Positions 24,430-38,991 of a stretch of DNA of 64,000 bases are shown piece after piece. The DNA lies in contig NC_057718.1 in the NCBI RefSeq assembly GCF_004010195.1, forward strand, positions 10,778,460-10,842,459, read 5' to 3'. Source of the stretch: Chiloscyllium plagiosum. Its lineage: Eukaryota. The number at the start of each line of letters is the position of its first letter. Position 1 is the stretch's first letter. Position numbers and translations under genes: made by a program. The notes beneath the pieces were generated by a model. That model was not told the origin of the DNA. It did no database searches and was given only the letters and a program-made list of their open reading frames with translations.

Positions 24430-27400
24430 ACATCATCTATCCTGTTTGGGAGATTTTGAAGGAGGCTTGTTGAGTTGTTGGCGTGCATTTTGAATAGGTA
24501 CAGTACACTGCTGCCACAATACCTTAGTGACCAAGGAAATGTCTATCAAATGGGCTTTTGTCAAACTTTTTAAGTGTTGGTGGATCAGAAATATGGAGAA
24601 AATTCCATCTCATTCCTGACTTGTGCCTTATGTCATGAAGAATGGTGGTGGTTATGTCATGGAGAACGAGGAAGTGAGTTACTCACCATAGAATTCATAG
24701 CCTCTGATTTGCTTTGGTAGCCATAGTACTTATATGGCTAGTCTTGTTAAATTTCTTATCAAGTGTGAATCCCGAGGATGATGTTGTTTTCTTCTGCAAA
24801 CTTTCTTCCTCAGAAGCATGAATTTCCAATGCCTGTTATCTTGACTCATTGTTCGTTTGTAAGCTGAAATGTGGGCTGTTGATGGGGAAGTAGAATGGTT
24901 GAAGGAGAGTAGCCAAATTATTGCAGATGCTCTTTTTGGCAATACTCTGTATGGATGTGCTTCCCCAAGAGCCATGAGGTAATGTTCAGGAGTGGGAACC
25001 ACAACTGATTTTTACCTATCTGTATCAAAGTCAGAGCTCTAGTATATGCATGGCAATTTTAAACAATCACTCCTGGGGTGCCAAGCATTTATAACCCTCC
25101 CTAATTTCCTTTGAGAAAGTTGTGGTGAACTGCTGTCTTGAACTGTTTCTCTCCATGCACTGCAGATAAACTGATAAAGCCATTAGGGAATTTCATATTT
25201 TGACCCAATGATGCTGAAGAAATGGCAGTATATTTCCAAGTCAGGATGGTAAGTGGTTTAGAGGGAACTTGCAGGTGACTTTGTTCCCATGTATCTACTA
25301 CCCTTGTTCTTAAGTATGAAATTAAATTTGTCTGTTTTTGACCTTTGTCGCATTTGACCTCCAAGATGTGCATTCAACCTCATATTTGAGATTTTTGTGC
25401 CATCACTACAACTGTGAAAACTGCCTATTTTCACATGCATAACATTCATCAGATTTCTTCTGTCTCAGCTTTACTGCTGGTGAAACCCTCATTCGCAACT
25501 TCGTGATGACTGGTTTCCCCCAGTCTACTTTTTGTACACCTGTGGTCATCCAAACCTCTGCTGATTGCACTGGATCGCATTCCTCTCTTGTCATGTGTTC
25601 ACTAACCTTCGTTGGCTTCTGGTTAAGCAGTGGCTGAATTTTAAAATTTTCAGCCTTGTTTCAAATTTGTCAATAATCTTACCCCTACTTATCTTTTGTA
25701 ATCTCCTTCAGCCGTATACTCTGCTAAGACTTTGAAAAATTAATTCACAGGATCCATACCTAATTTCCCATGAAAAGGCAGAGATAAGTTGGTGTTTTGA
25801 ACTGCTGTAGTCCACATGAGGAAGTGCACCCACAGTGCTAGTTGGGAGGGAGTTCCAGGATTTAGTCCAGCAATAGTGAAGGAATGATGTGGTTCCAAAT
25901 CAGAATGGTGTTTATCTTCAAGGGGAACTTTTGGAGGAGTGGTGTATCTACTGTCCTGTCCATTAGATGCTCGAGATTACAGGTTTAAGAGCTGCTGGTG
26001 AACGAGCCTTGTTCAATTGTTGCAGTGCATCTTGTAGATGATAGACAGTGCTGCCGCTGTGCATGGTAGATGGAATGAATGTTGAAGATGTTAGATGGGG
26101 TGCCAATCAAATAGGTTGCTTTGTATTGGATAGTGTTGAGTTTCTTGTGTGCTATTGGATATGCAGCCATCCGGGAAAGTGGAAAGTATTCCGTCGCGCT
26201 CCTGACTTCTATCTTGTCAGTGGTAGATAAGCTTTGAGCTTATACAAGATAGAAGATAGTCACATGTGTGATAGCATCTCTGAACAGGTTGATTAGAAAG
26301 TATCTGCAGCGATTCCTGTGACCATCGCTACCATCTTCCTTTGTTCTTGATGTGACTCTGACCAGCACAATGTCTTCCCTGATTCCCATTGAACCTAATT
26401 TTCTTGGGCTCCTTGATGCTGCTCCCAGTCAAACGCTCTCTTGTTGTCAAGGAATTTTAGCCCTTTTTGTTTTGTAAACATAGAACAATATTGTAATGAG
26501 GATGGGAGGGGTGTGGCCCTGGCAGAATCTAATCTGAACATGAGTGAGCAAAGTAATGTTGAACAGGTGCAGGTTGATAGTGTAATTGATGACGCCTTCC
26601 ATCACTTTGAGAGTAGGCTGACAGGGCAGTATTTGGATAGCTGTATTTACCCTACTCTTTCTGGGGAGGATGGATCTGGGCAATTTTCATCTTGCTAGGA
26701 AGATGTCAGTATTGTAGCTGTATAGGAACAAGTTGGCTAGGGGCTTGGTTAGTACAAGTTTTCAGTTGTCTATGCTTTTTGGCATGCAGGTAATCCTGTG
26801 TTGTAGTTCAAGTTGATGCCTTTTTTCAAAAAGATATTCCTGGTGCTGGAATGCCTTCCAGTCCTCGTGAACCAGGTTTGACAGGTTGGATCTTCTGGCC
26901 CAGTGTTAATGGTGGAGTGGCAGATATATTGGGCCATGTGATGACATTATGGTTTAATGTAATTCTGCAGCTGTTGTGGTTAATGGATGCCCAATCTTGA
27001 ATTGATTTGTTGGAAATTTATTTCATTTGGCACAGTGGTACTGCCACACAACATGACAAAAGGTATCCCCAATGAGATGAGGGACTTCATCTCCACAAGG
27101 ACTGTATGGTGGTCAGTTCTTCTGATACAGTTAAGGCCAGATGTATCTGCAATAGGTAGACTAATAAGGTTGAGTAAGTTTTTCCCTCTGGTTGCTTCCC
27201 TGCTGCAGGCCCAATGTTGCAGCCAAGCCCTTTAGAGCTTGGTAAGGTTGGTCAGTAATGATGCTACTGAATGACTATTGCTGCTGACCATTGAAGTCCC
27301 CCACCCAGAGTCTCTTGGTGAGTCCTCAAGTGGTGTTCGACATGGAAAAAAGCTGATTCATCAACTCAAGGGGTGCAGTATGTAATAATCAGTAGGTGTT

Positions 27401-27480
27401 TTCCTTGCCCATATTGGACCTGATGCTATACGGCTTCATTGATTCCAGACTCCATGTTGAAGACTCTGAATGCAGCGACC
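24430..27480 (-). mobile_element. Old, fragmented LINE (CR1/L2 group) remnants
   Basis: KVMEGVIN, KLNTIQYKATYLIGTPS-like translations; related + strand copy at ~55220-55865. Confidence 0.6.
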
Positions 27481-28909
27481 TCTTGATGAATGCCTCTAGC
27501 CTACATCTGTGGTGGTGATGTCTTAGAAACAGTTGTTCTCGTGGAATCATATTTTACGTACAGTGTCAGGCTGTTGTTTGATGAAACAATGGGACAGATA
27601 AAGCAATTTGGACTCCAGCAGCCAGGTGATTGGAAGGTAGATTTTACATGGCCATTGTCATTTCCTGTGCCTTGGTTGATACCAGATGGTATATTAGACT
27701 TTCTGGAGAATGGATGTGACTGAGTGATTTCTGACCATTTCAAAGGTAATTTTAAAAATGTCATGAATGCAGACTCATGTCGACTAGACCAGGTAAGAAC
27801 GGCAGATTTCCCTTTCCTAAAGACATTCATGAACCAGATGGGTTTAATGAGATTGGCAATGGCTTCATTGTCACCATTAGACTAGTTTTTAATTTCAGAT
27901 TTATTCATTTTAAATTTTGCCTTCTGCTGTGTTGAGATTTCAACCCAAGTACCCAGAGCATTAACTGAGGTCTATGGATTGACTTCATTGACAATGTTAC
28001 TAATCCATGACCACCTCTAATTTGAGAATCATGAATTCTGGCCTTGTGCGCATTCCAGATTTTAAATTACTTTAGCATGGTGACAGTTCCTTCACCTGCC
28101 TAAGCCCTAAAGTTCGAAAAGCCCTTGCTTCACATCTCAATCTCCACATTTCTTTTTTTCGTTTTAAGTACTGTTGGAAACTCATCTCTTTGGCCATCTA
28201 ACTTAATATCTCCTTATGTTACCTGGTGTCATGTCTTGTCTTGTTTTGTAATGCTGTTGTGAAGAACATTGGGATATTTTATACTCAGGGCACTGTGTAA
28301 ACAAGTGGAGTTTTAGTAGAGGTTGAAGTTGGGAGCGGCTGCCAAAGACCCTGTGCGTTAGTGGTGGAGGTGCATGGGAACAACTTTGGTGATGCACTTG
28401 ATGTTACTTTTTTGTAGTTGCATTGTTGTAGAGCTGCTCATCAAGGAACAGTCAAATCTGCTTCACATTCAGTAGGGAAGCAAAAAGAGATGTCAAGGAA
28501 AATGGATAATTTGAAGAGGATTGTTGACAGCCTAAGGTGTGGTTGAGAAAAGGATTGTTGAGATTTCTGAAATTGAGGGAGGTGCAGGAAACTTGGCAGG
28601 GAGTTGCAGTGAGTCAGAATAGCATAGATGAATAATAAGCAATCATCAAGACTGCAGGTGAACAAAAAAGGTTGGGAAGTGCAAGCAAAAATGCAAGGTT
28701 GGAGGAAATCATTAAGGGACGATAAATGAAGTAATAATTTTTAATTTATGGAAATACTTTTGAAAATGTTTACTTTTACAGGTATATAAAATACTTAGCT
28801 GCTTTATGATGTCTTCTGATATAGGCTTAATAATGTTTTGAAGATGTACCAGTGTTATTTTTCCTGTCTCAATTTGTTTTAGTAAATGATGTCTCGTTTT
28901 TGTTTTTAG

Positions 28910-29003
28910 AGATTGATTTGAACACAAAATGTATTATAGATGTTGAAGGCAATCAGACCATTCTAAGTCCGGCTAATGCCAATCTCGGTAAAGGCGATGC
29001 CAG
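28910..29003 (+). CDS. KIF13B: Internal coding exon (exon 2) of kinesin-3 motor KIF13B, N-terminal motor domain
   Basis: Acceptor gtctcgtttttgtttttag| and donor CAG|gtaagc; 94 bp, phase 1 to phase 2. Translates (E)IDLNTKCIIDVEGNQTILSPANANLGKGDA(R), matching recalled human KIF13B ETDLHTKCVVDVDANKVILNPVNTNLSKGDAR; the KGDAR end favours KIF13B over KIF13A. Confidence 0.9.
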
Positions 29004-31721
29004 GTAAGCTGTTTGCCATATATGGATTTTTCATGTTAGGTTCAAAGTTGTGTTGGTGTTTCTTTCTCAGTGTATTGCACCGTTGTATTGCACAGTTTCT
29101 GGTCACTGTATTGCAAAATTTAAACAATACATTCAAATTTTATGTTCTAGAGTTGTACATTAACTACCTTGATTCTTAGTAATGAATTGTTGATTGAAAT
29201 ATTATTGAACTTTTAGAAATAAGCTTTTTGTTCCTTCTGTATGCAAGTTACTCTCAGTCATAGTATAGAGTGCAGTGACTGCTGTTCTTCTCGAAACAAA
29301 CATGCTACATATTATATAAAGCCTGAACTAATTCAATTGTCTAAATATTTTTACCAAATCTCCCTAAGTTTCAAAAGTTGAGAAATTTAAATTGTCAGAG
29401 TTTGCTAAGTAACACTGTTTTAAAAGGTTCTATTTCTGTCTGCTTCAGGACTTGGAGAGAAAAAGCTAAAGGCAATCTTTTGTAAGATAAACAACGTATA
29501 AATCAGTGATATTTGAAACTATAATCTTGCTTTTTAGCCAGAGTTGTAAATGGTACATCTTTTAACCCACGTGATGTGAATCCCTCTGAGACTGCTCTTG
29601 TCTTTGATTCCTGTAATTGATTATCCTGTGTCATACTGGACAAGGAATACTCTTGTGTGAAAATTACCCTGCATTAAGGCAGGAAGTGCATTGACAGTTG
29701 GTGTCAGCAGATGCTACCATTACAAGAAACTGAGCAAATGCAAAATAAAAGCCTGTGAAGCCTGTGTGAAATTATACCCAATCTGAGAACAATTACTATA
29801 CAAAATACCAGCCTAATTGCGGGGAACAATTTAAAAGGTTTTGTGTTTATTGATGCCTTCTGAATTACTGTGGTTAGACCTGTGACTAGTAATCAGTTCA
29901 AAGTATTTGCAATTGTTAATTGTCTGTACTGTTAATCTAAAATATTTGTTGCTGTTCATTCACCTGCTTGCACGCTTCAGCTTGATCATATACACTGGCT
30001 GGTTGCCAGGTGCTACATGGCATTTAAACTAATTTTGTTTTGTACAATCTTATTTCCTCTTGCCCCTGCAAGATCTAGGAACAAATCTAGCAAACTCTTC
30101 TGAAGAAGAGTCATACAAAACTTGAAACATTTTACTCTGCTTCTCTTTCCATAGCTGCTGCCAGATGTGCTGAGTTTCTCCAACATCCTTTGTGTTTGTT
30201 TCAGATTTCAAGAATCTGCAGAATTTGGCTGTTTCAAAAGCCTGGCAGCTTTATGCACCTATCTTCCCTGACTGAGGAAAGGGGGTGGAATTCTGCTTCT
30301 AAATGTCTGCATATTTGTAGGCAATAATGATGATGAGGGATGTGCTGGTTCAATTTTCCCTCCCCAAGGAGAAGCGCGAGTGTGTCTGAGCCTGAGAAGC
30401 AGCTGTGTGAAGCATCTTTACACATCCATTTTTGAGCATTTTGTGGTGTGGGTCACTGAAAAGCTGATGTGCTGTGCCATTGTGTAACCCAAATTGCATT
30501 ATAATAAGAGGTTAGAGCAGACACAAAAGGGTCAGAGCAGATAGAAAAAGATGAAGGCTGTCGAGGCTGCAGTTAATAAATTAGCACAAATATTTAAATA
30601 AAACACAATATGACCTGTTGTTGAGTAGACTGAGAGTTGTGCTTGTCATTTGGGATTTTACACCTCCAGGCTGCATTGACTGTTGTGTCCTGTGTATGCA
30701 ATCTTGTTTTTCTGCAAATTTGATTTCCACATACGGCTTTTCAGTTTTATAACGTTTGTTTGTCATCAAAATAGTGCAACGGTAGTCAAGGTCTTGTACA
30801 ATAATGTTTTTGTACAGTGTATGTAGCCTTGGCTTTGAGTGTAGTCTCCTGGTCTGAAGGAGTTGGTCAGAATGCAAATTAGACATCAACTGGTACGTGT
30901 TTTAATAATTGCTGACTCTTTTAATTTGGTTGGTGCTGTGTCCAACTTAGGAAATTAAAACAAACATGAATGTAGGTATGTCAGTAATTACATTTTGTTT
31001 AGTCCTTTTTACTTCTTGTGAGCCATTATTTTTAATTCAAGAAAAAGGAAAAATGTCTTGAAGTTCTGGATATCATACCAATTTTGCATTAAAACTTAAT
31101 TCTTGGAAGACTGCTCAAACTGAGCTGGATTCTTGCATTTTGTCTGTCCTGTTCAAGCTAATTTTGACCCCCTCTTTGCCTTTGGGTCTATCAAGAGAGT
31201 TGCAAACTGATGTCAACGCCATTTGTATGAGGTGAGCTTTTTCCTTGCCAGTTTTATTTCTTTGAGATACTCTTCTTAATCTTATTTTTCTCCCTTCCAT
31301 GCTCACCCTACCGCATGTCCAACCAGTTTTCCAAAGATCCCTTAGAAGCTTCCAAGACCCTCAATCTTGAGTCCGACCATTTGAGTCCTTAGATAACACA
31401 GTACTTTGCATGAATGAACCCATTCCATGTATTTTGAATTCAATTCCATTATGTCCTTTGGAATAAAAAAAAAAGCTCTCCATGTTTGGGATAAACTTCA
31501 ATAGAGTATTAGATCCTTGATGTGAAACAGAATATATGGTACACAGATGATTGAGTGAGCTATTACATTTGTCTGACCTCAGGATAAGGATCACATTAAC
31601 AGTTCAACATTTCAAATTTTTATTGAATTCCTTGAAACAGCATACATCTAAAGTTCAGAAATGTGAAATGTATTTTCTATCTTGCCCCCTCACCATCCAA
31701 CTTGGCTACAAACATATTTTT

Positions 31722-32275
31722 AGGAGAAAGGGAGGACTGCAGATGCTGGAGATCTGAGTAGAGTGTGTGGTGCTGGAAAAGCTCAGTAGGTGAGGCAGCA
31801 TCTGAGGAGCAGGAGAATCGATGTTTCGGGATCAGGATTGTGAATGTAGTCGGGAGCCCATGTGGAATCAGTCAGTTGCATAGGCAGGCACTGAGGTAGG
31901 AGATATGGCTGTAGTAGCGGGTCTGCTTCAGGATGTGACTGAAGAGCTTCAGGGCAGAGATGACGACCTGGGGGGTACAGTAAGAGAGAAATTCAGAGAT
32001 CCTTGAAGAGGGAGGTGGAGAATGTCAAGGTTGAAAGTCATCCTTGGAAGAGGCTTCACAGTAAGGTTATAATCAACTAGGAGAAAGTAAGGACTGCAGA
32101 TCAGAGTCAAAAAGTGTGGTGCTGGAAAAGCACATCTGATCAGGCAGCATCCAAGGAACAGCAGAATCGACGTTTCAAGCAAAAACTTCAGGAATGAGGA
32201 GATGATGAAGAACTTATGCTCGAAATGTCGGCTCTCCTGCTGCCTGACTGCATTTCCAGCACCACACCTTTTGAT
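31722..32275 (-). mobile_element. PLE terminal-repeat fragments (tandem plus inverted)
   Basis: ggagaaag.gaggactgcag...gctggaaaag...gcagcatc at ~31722 and ~32080; inverted piece ~32200-32275. Confidence 0.75.
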
Positions 32276-35039
32276 ACAGAAACTGGCCAAATGCAACTTG
32301 AGGACTCCTGTTAAGAAGCACTTGGCACAAATTCTGTGACTGACCTTCTGGATAGTGTAATGAATGCAAAAACTTGAATCAAGCTGTAGGATGGGATATA
32401 TTGTAATGGGTGATTGCAAACTATTGTGTGCAAGAGGATGGAGTTACTTCACTCATCTGTTAAGTTGTAGCTTTTTTTGAAATGTTCATTTTAAACTGGA
32501 TGAATGTCTTCTACTTGTCTGATGCTCTAATAATCCTAGTTTTGGATTGACTGAAGGCTCTTAAAGACTGTGTACTTTTTATGTCCCTGCAGGCAATCTT
32601 GCAAAAAATGTTATCTTGCCTTTGGGCAGGTTTTTTTGATGTCTTTGTACTTGGATTTCAGTTCTGTTAAAGTCTGTGGAAAGATCTGATTAAAATTCCT
32701 GTTGGGTATTTTTTCTTAGCTGTGGATCTGTATGTTTTTTAGGTTTGGCACTGAGTTTCCAAAACTGGCCAGCTTCTGTATAGATTCTTTTGAATGGTAT
32801 TAAACCAGCTGTAGTCATGAGCCAGTCTTAGTTAATGCCTCCATTGTCTGCTGTCACAGAACTTGATGGCTATGAATGGGTTTAGTGCTTTCTAAAGGCA
32901 TATTTTAATTCCGATGACAGGAAATTGGAACATCTTAGTCACTTTTAAAAGAAAACCTTCACCAAGATAACTTAGTATTTTGAATGTTTTGATTTTATGG
33001 AAAAGAAGGTTAGCAAAGTATTAATGTCTTAGAGCTCAGAATTCTTGTTGGTTCTGTGTCAGCTGGGGTTGCCGTAATGGTGTTCCTCACATGCAGTGCA
33101 AGGAGTGAAATGGCTTGGCTTCACACACCTGATGCTATTTGTGACCACTGCTGGAAGATTTACCTGTACAGTATATCAGACTCTGCCATCATAACAAAAA
33201 AAGCAGAATATGACAAATGCTAGAAATCTGAACAATCACCAAGTTAGGCAGGAAAAACTCAGCAGGTCTGACAGCATCTAGAGAGAAAGAATTAATGCTC
33301 CTTCACAAAATGGTCCTTCTTCATGAAGCATTCAGCACCCACAGTTGTTTGTTTGATTACCAGGTCAAACAGCATTTGTATACGGAGCAAAAGAGTTCGT
33401 ATTTCAGGTCTGGTGGAATGCCTTAGCAATTTTTTTTCAACATTTTCTCTTTTTATTTTTTTCTGTAATACTCACTGAAGAATGATGGCTTAGGTTGTTT
33501 CAACTTGGCACTGATTCTGCCTTCAATTGTTGACCATGCATACTTAACTTTATAAATGAAGTCTTGGTTCTTCCCCTGTTATGAAAACAGAATTCCTTGC
33601 ATTGGCTAAATGTTCACAGGCACTCTTCAAAATGTTAATAGCCTATGTAGTATTGGTTCAAATATGTTGCATATTTGTTGGGGACAAAAGTAATCTTTAA
33701 ATGCAAGATTTGTTTGAAGATATTGTTCAAATAGTCACACTTATTGATGTGGAACCAGTGATTTAAGATGTCATTGTTTGTACTTTTGTGTGAGACTTTG
33801 CAAAGTGCTATTAGCTAATTATCTCTTTTAAAATTGTACTCAATTGTTAGTGTACTTTTTTATTCATGCATGGTATTATTGCCCATCCTTATTGACCTTG
33901 AACTGAGAGGCTTGCTAAACCATTTCAGAGGGCTGTTAAAGAGTCAACTATCTTTTGAGTTGTATAGGCCAGAGCTGATAACGATGACAGATTTCTGTTC
34001 CTAAAAGACGCTAAAGAAATAAACAAAAACTGGGCTATCTAAATATAGAACACAGTTGGAAAAACCTTAATTAAAAGCAGAATGTAGTTTTTTGCTCATT
34101 TTCTGATAACTGTCCATTACAGATTCAAATCCAGAGAAAGTCCACCTATCTGTCAACTCCTTTCGGTTCTATTTAACTGACTTTTGATAACTTTTGTCAT
34201 GAACTGTGATGACAATTGAATCTTTTTTCAATTTGCCATGGTGAACCCTTCTATGATGCTCAGAGCCTAAGATTATTTTCTCCTTTCTAAAAATCTGCAG
34301 ATTTCTAGTCAACTGGACCTTGCTTGAAAATTCCACCAACTAATTTTTTTTCCACGGAGGTAGCTTATTTCCTGAATTGCTCTGAAAAACCCCTGTGTAG
34401 GAGGTAGACTATTCTTCTGATCTCAGTCAGGTCTTCTCCAAACTACCTTTAAACTTTCAATCTTTATCTTCTGAACTGAAATGAAGTTAATGGCCTTCCA
34501 TGTTTATTCTGCCAGTCGTAAATCCCACAGTATAAACAACTTGTTCCATTTATGCTCCAGGAGTTTATAGTCATCTACTCTTTAATAATTTTGGATTAGG
34601 TTACTGTTCTGGAAGAACTCTGATTACTTTTGTGAAGATTTCTTTAAACAAAAACAAAGAACACCCATGGTGCTCCTTTTGAAATCCTGGCTCTAAAAAT
34701 TATGTATAAATACCAGTCAGTCAGTCTCTGTTCATCACACCTATCCTTGATTTTTTTTATTCATGCCTCTGTTTCCTTTAATATTGTGTACCCTTGTATT
34801 TGTAGCTTTACAAATATTTTTGAAAATGTGTACAAATAAATCAATTACATTCTTTTACGCTGTATTTTTCTAATTAAAATGAGGCAATCATTATCTTCTT
34901 TTTAGTAAGCATTGACTGTTGATTGATCTTGAGCGGCTGATACCTTATCTCTGCGGAGGGTGAAACCAGCAATCTAATACTGCCATTAGCTCAAGTTTGC
35001 ATTTTAGTGGTGCAGTAGATTAATCTAGATTTATTTGTG

Positions 35040-35440
35040 TACTGTTTTGTATTGGACCAGATCCCCTAAAAACATATTAGGAAGGTAGCGTATACCCTAA
35101 GTTTTTCCTTATTTTAAAGACACATGTCAGGTGCTTGTTCTAGATACAATTTGATTGGTCAAACTACTTGATATTAAGCAAAATGCAATATATTCAAATA
35201 CTACAGTTAAAATGCAACAAAAGAAAGAAGAACTTGGAATAACTCAACTCGTGGAAAATGTAACAGGATAATATATACAGTAACTATGACCAATTAACTG
35301 TTCCAATGTAGTAACATTCTATAAGCACACCCTTGGCAAAAGGCAAATTCTGAAAACAGCTTTTATCTCACATGCAATCCAGCAACCAAGGAAAAGAACC
35401 CCCAACTTTTGGCTGTATTTGAGAGAGCCAATCTGAATTT
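35040..35440. mobile_element. Possible LTR-retrotransposon LTR fragment
   Basis: Starts tgttttgtattggaccagatcccc; recognised only loosely, with no partner LTR or TSD seen. Confidence 0.3.
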
Positions 35441-36223
35441 TGCTATTATTTTGGCTTCAGTAATCATGTTGGGCCACATGGCTGGTCAGGATACATGTTT
35501 TGCTGGTTATTTTATAATCTGGTGTTTGTTTTGATACTTTGACAGTATAATGACTTGTGCAAGATTCTCTCCTTAGCTATTATTAGCCTCCATCTCTGAT
35601 CCCATAGTAAATGGTTCCCTCTCCTTGGGTGATGTCACTCCATTCCAACATAAATGTACCCTGCTCAAGAAATCATCAGCCATCCTCCCCTTCCTCTTGG
35701 ATGAATAGATACATCCTAAATCCAATGTCTTCTCGAAAATCCCTCTCTCAAAATCCATGACTTTCATTTTGATTAATCTTCCAACTATCTCCGCCTCCTC
35801 CAGCTTGCTGCTTTACTTTGCAGTGTATTTTGATGCTAAGTGTACTTCGTAAATGCAAAGTGATTGGTGAATTATGAAATGATTGTGCCAAGTCCCAGAG
35901 CCCTCAGTAATTTTCGGATTTATTTTGCTAGTGTCATAGAATTTTTACAGCTTAGAAAGAGGCCTTTCAGTCTACGGTGTCCATGCCGGCCATCAAACAT
36001 CCACCTATTCTGATACCATTTTGCAGCATTTGGCATGCAGCCTCGAATGCTATGTTGTTGTTGCTCCATTTTCCATGTCTAAAATATGGATTAAATTTAT
36101 CTTTGACAATCATGCCAAACAGTCATCAATTGTATTAATAGTTTGCTTTACACCCATCCCAATATTTTCCTATTGGGATCAAGTATTTGGATGTTAAATG
36201 AACTGCCATTTCATTGTTGCCTG

Positions 36224-36386
36224 AGTTTACATTAGATTGGCTCCCTGCCTCCATTCCTGATGGAAGGGCTTTTGCCTGAAACGTTGAATTTCCTGCTCTT
36301 TGGATGCTGCCTGACCGGCTGTGCTTTTCCAGCACCACTCTAATCTAAACTCTGGTTTCCAGCTTCTGCAGTCCTCACTTTCGCCT
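36224..36386 (+). mobile_element. PLE terminal-repeat mini-element with decayed HHR
   Basis: 16-bp TSD atttcattgttgcctg at 36208-36223 and 36387-36402; short inverted 5' tag agtttacattaga. Confidence 0.85.
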
Positions 36387-38991
36387 ATTTCATTGTTGCC
36401 TGTTTTGTTGATGCTAATTTCCTTTTCCTTGGACCTAAAAACGCCTTGGCACTTTTTTGAAAAAAAATCATTTTTATTTTGCTCCGCACCTGAACTATTT
36501 TCTATTCTTCCAGAAGCATGCTCTTTCTCTTTGTGCTGAATTCCTCTTGCTCATTTGTGACTAAACTGTAATGACTTGTATTTATAAATCCAGTGCCTAG
36601 ATTGCTGAACCGACTGATATTTGTTGATTTGGTACAGATTTAATTTGAAACTCAGTTCCTCTGCTTATGACTCATTTCCACTGCAGGGAATCTACTTACA
36701 AACCGTCATAGACTAGCTTTGGAGAAGTCTTAATTGCTGAATGCAGACTTAATGATAAACTATTTGCTGTATTGTGATATGGATATCCAGGACAGTTGTA
36801 ACTGCCTTCTTGTTTTGTAAAACAGTGTGGCATGCTGTGATCTGAGACGTGGATAGTGCTTCTTAGTCTGGCACAGAATTTCTTTTTCCCTCTCACTGGG
36901 ATGGAGGAGACGGGAGGATCAAGCACAGTTTTGGTGATCTGATAATCTGTCAAATTTTTTTTGAACCAAAGCATGCCTTTGTAGAACTTAGGGTGGAGAA
37001 AACTAGCAGTACATGTTTTGATTGCAATTACATACCAGATTTCAAAAAGTTTGGTGTTTCTGACTCTGAAATAATAGTAACTTTGCTTGACTCACAGCAG
37101 CTGAAAGTAGTGTGTTCCATTGGGAATCTTTCTTTAATAAGGATAAGTGGCAACAAATCATCTGTAACATTCTTTTGTTTGATTTATGAAAAGTATTTTA
37201 TGTTAACATTTTAAAGTGTAAACATTTTGGATGGACCTAATTGCTCATAGTTACATAGAATATATATTTCAATTACAGGTCTTAATGCACTATTGTAGAC
37301 TCCTTTAATATTCCTCATCTAATGCTTTCAGATTAAGCCTCTATTTTCTTTGACCCTTTTTAATTACCTTTCTCTGAAATAACTTTTATTCTGTTCCTGT
37401 GCTAGCAAGTTCTACATTGTTAGCATTCCTCTGGATAAAGGTGTTTCTTCTTAGCCTTCAACAAGAACAAAAACTTATTTGGTTTGAAATGAGGTGCAAG
37501 CCACAAGATGACTGTGCCCTTTTAATGATTCTTCTGAAGAATAGTGAAAGATGAGAGAAAGCTGCTTGGTCTCAGGTTTTCGCAACTGTAGCATCCACTG
37601 TATTTCAAGCACGTCAAATGTCCTGACCACCAGACATGATAGTTCTTGTAAAACACTTGCTTTGAAGTTGAAAAATACGTTGTTATGGTGAAAATCACCA
37701 GTCTCAAAGAGTCAAAATCTGGATTCAACGACAGAGTTTATTGTACAAAGAAATCAAAGCTCCGGAGAGAGAGGCGTTTGTCAGCACGACTGTCAGCTTT
37801 GAGGCTCCTCTCACTCTCTGTGCACGTCATGATATTTTATACATTTTGTGGTACAATAGTTCAAGTTTCGAGTGTTTGTTTGTACAGCATGGTTCGTTTA
37901 CCGAAAACATTACCAAATCATTCAGTTTGAGTGGTCTTGATCGTTCTTCCTGAGAAGGAAGATAGTTTTCCATTCCGGCAGATCTGAAGTATTAACACTT
38001 GTATACAAGCAGTCTCAGGTAGTTAACATTTCTATTGAAGGTGGTGGTTGGACTCAGACACTTTAGCAGGCAGTAGATGTGACTGATCTATACTCTCTCC
38101 CCACCCGCCTTAAACTAATCATCTATGCTCTGTGTCTATTGTATTGGTACCCTGTTAACCTTAGGCAGTATCTGTGTATGCTTTGGTGTAATAGCTCAGT
38201 GGCCGTCTTGTGTTCTCAGTGGCCATATTGTATCTGTGTGCCCCATGTCAACTTCCACTTCAACGTGTATTTCTAAAGCATTTTTGCATTACAATACATT
38301 CAAAACTAAAACTTAAACGCCTGCCAATTGAGTAGAACCCACCACGTTAAAGAAGGGAGCGCATGCTGAAGCACTCTCTTGAAATTACTTCCAAATCTAT
38401 AAAACAAAGGAAGATATTGAACATTGTACCACTCTTGCAATAGAACAAAGGTGATTCAGCTCAACCGTGTCTGAAAACTATAAACCAAGTCTGGAAATAA
38501 ATTAGTCTTAAAAATTTAACAATGCCAAATTTGACTCTGTCATCTTATTCAAACCAAATGATATTCGATCAGCAGTATGTGTACTGTTTTAAAAATATAG
38601 AACTGTAAGATACGCACCTCAAGTCTTTTAAGAATGGCCTTCAAAATACACTCTCTGTCAACTAAGGGAGGAGACAAATCTGGGGGAAAAAAGACTGTAG
38701 AATGGTTCACTAGAGAAAAATACAAGACACCCAAACTCCGAAGCATGTATTCTACTTGGCCATGCCTAATATGTTGGAGAGAAGGCGTGAAGGAACAATA
38801 AAACAGGATAATGAATTATATTGTTTTTGTTGAAGTGTATCTGAGAATTTGATCAACTATTTTTATTGGTGGCTTGATAAAACTGTAATATATTTCTAAC
38901 AAAAACTGTTCAAGTCTGGAGTGTTGTCCCAAATGCTAGTAATGAAAACATTGAAAATAAGCCCTTTGAGCTTGCTCTGCCATTCATATGC

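Noticed and set aside
36687..36733. Possible alternative terminal exon after ccactgcag
   Set aside because: Stops within 16 codons in all frames; no supporting evidence.
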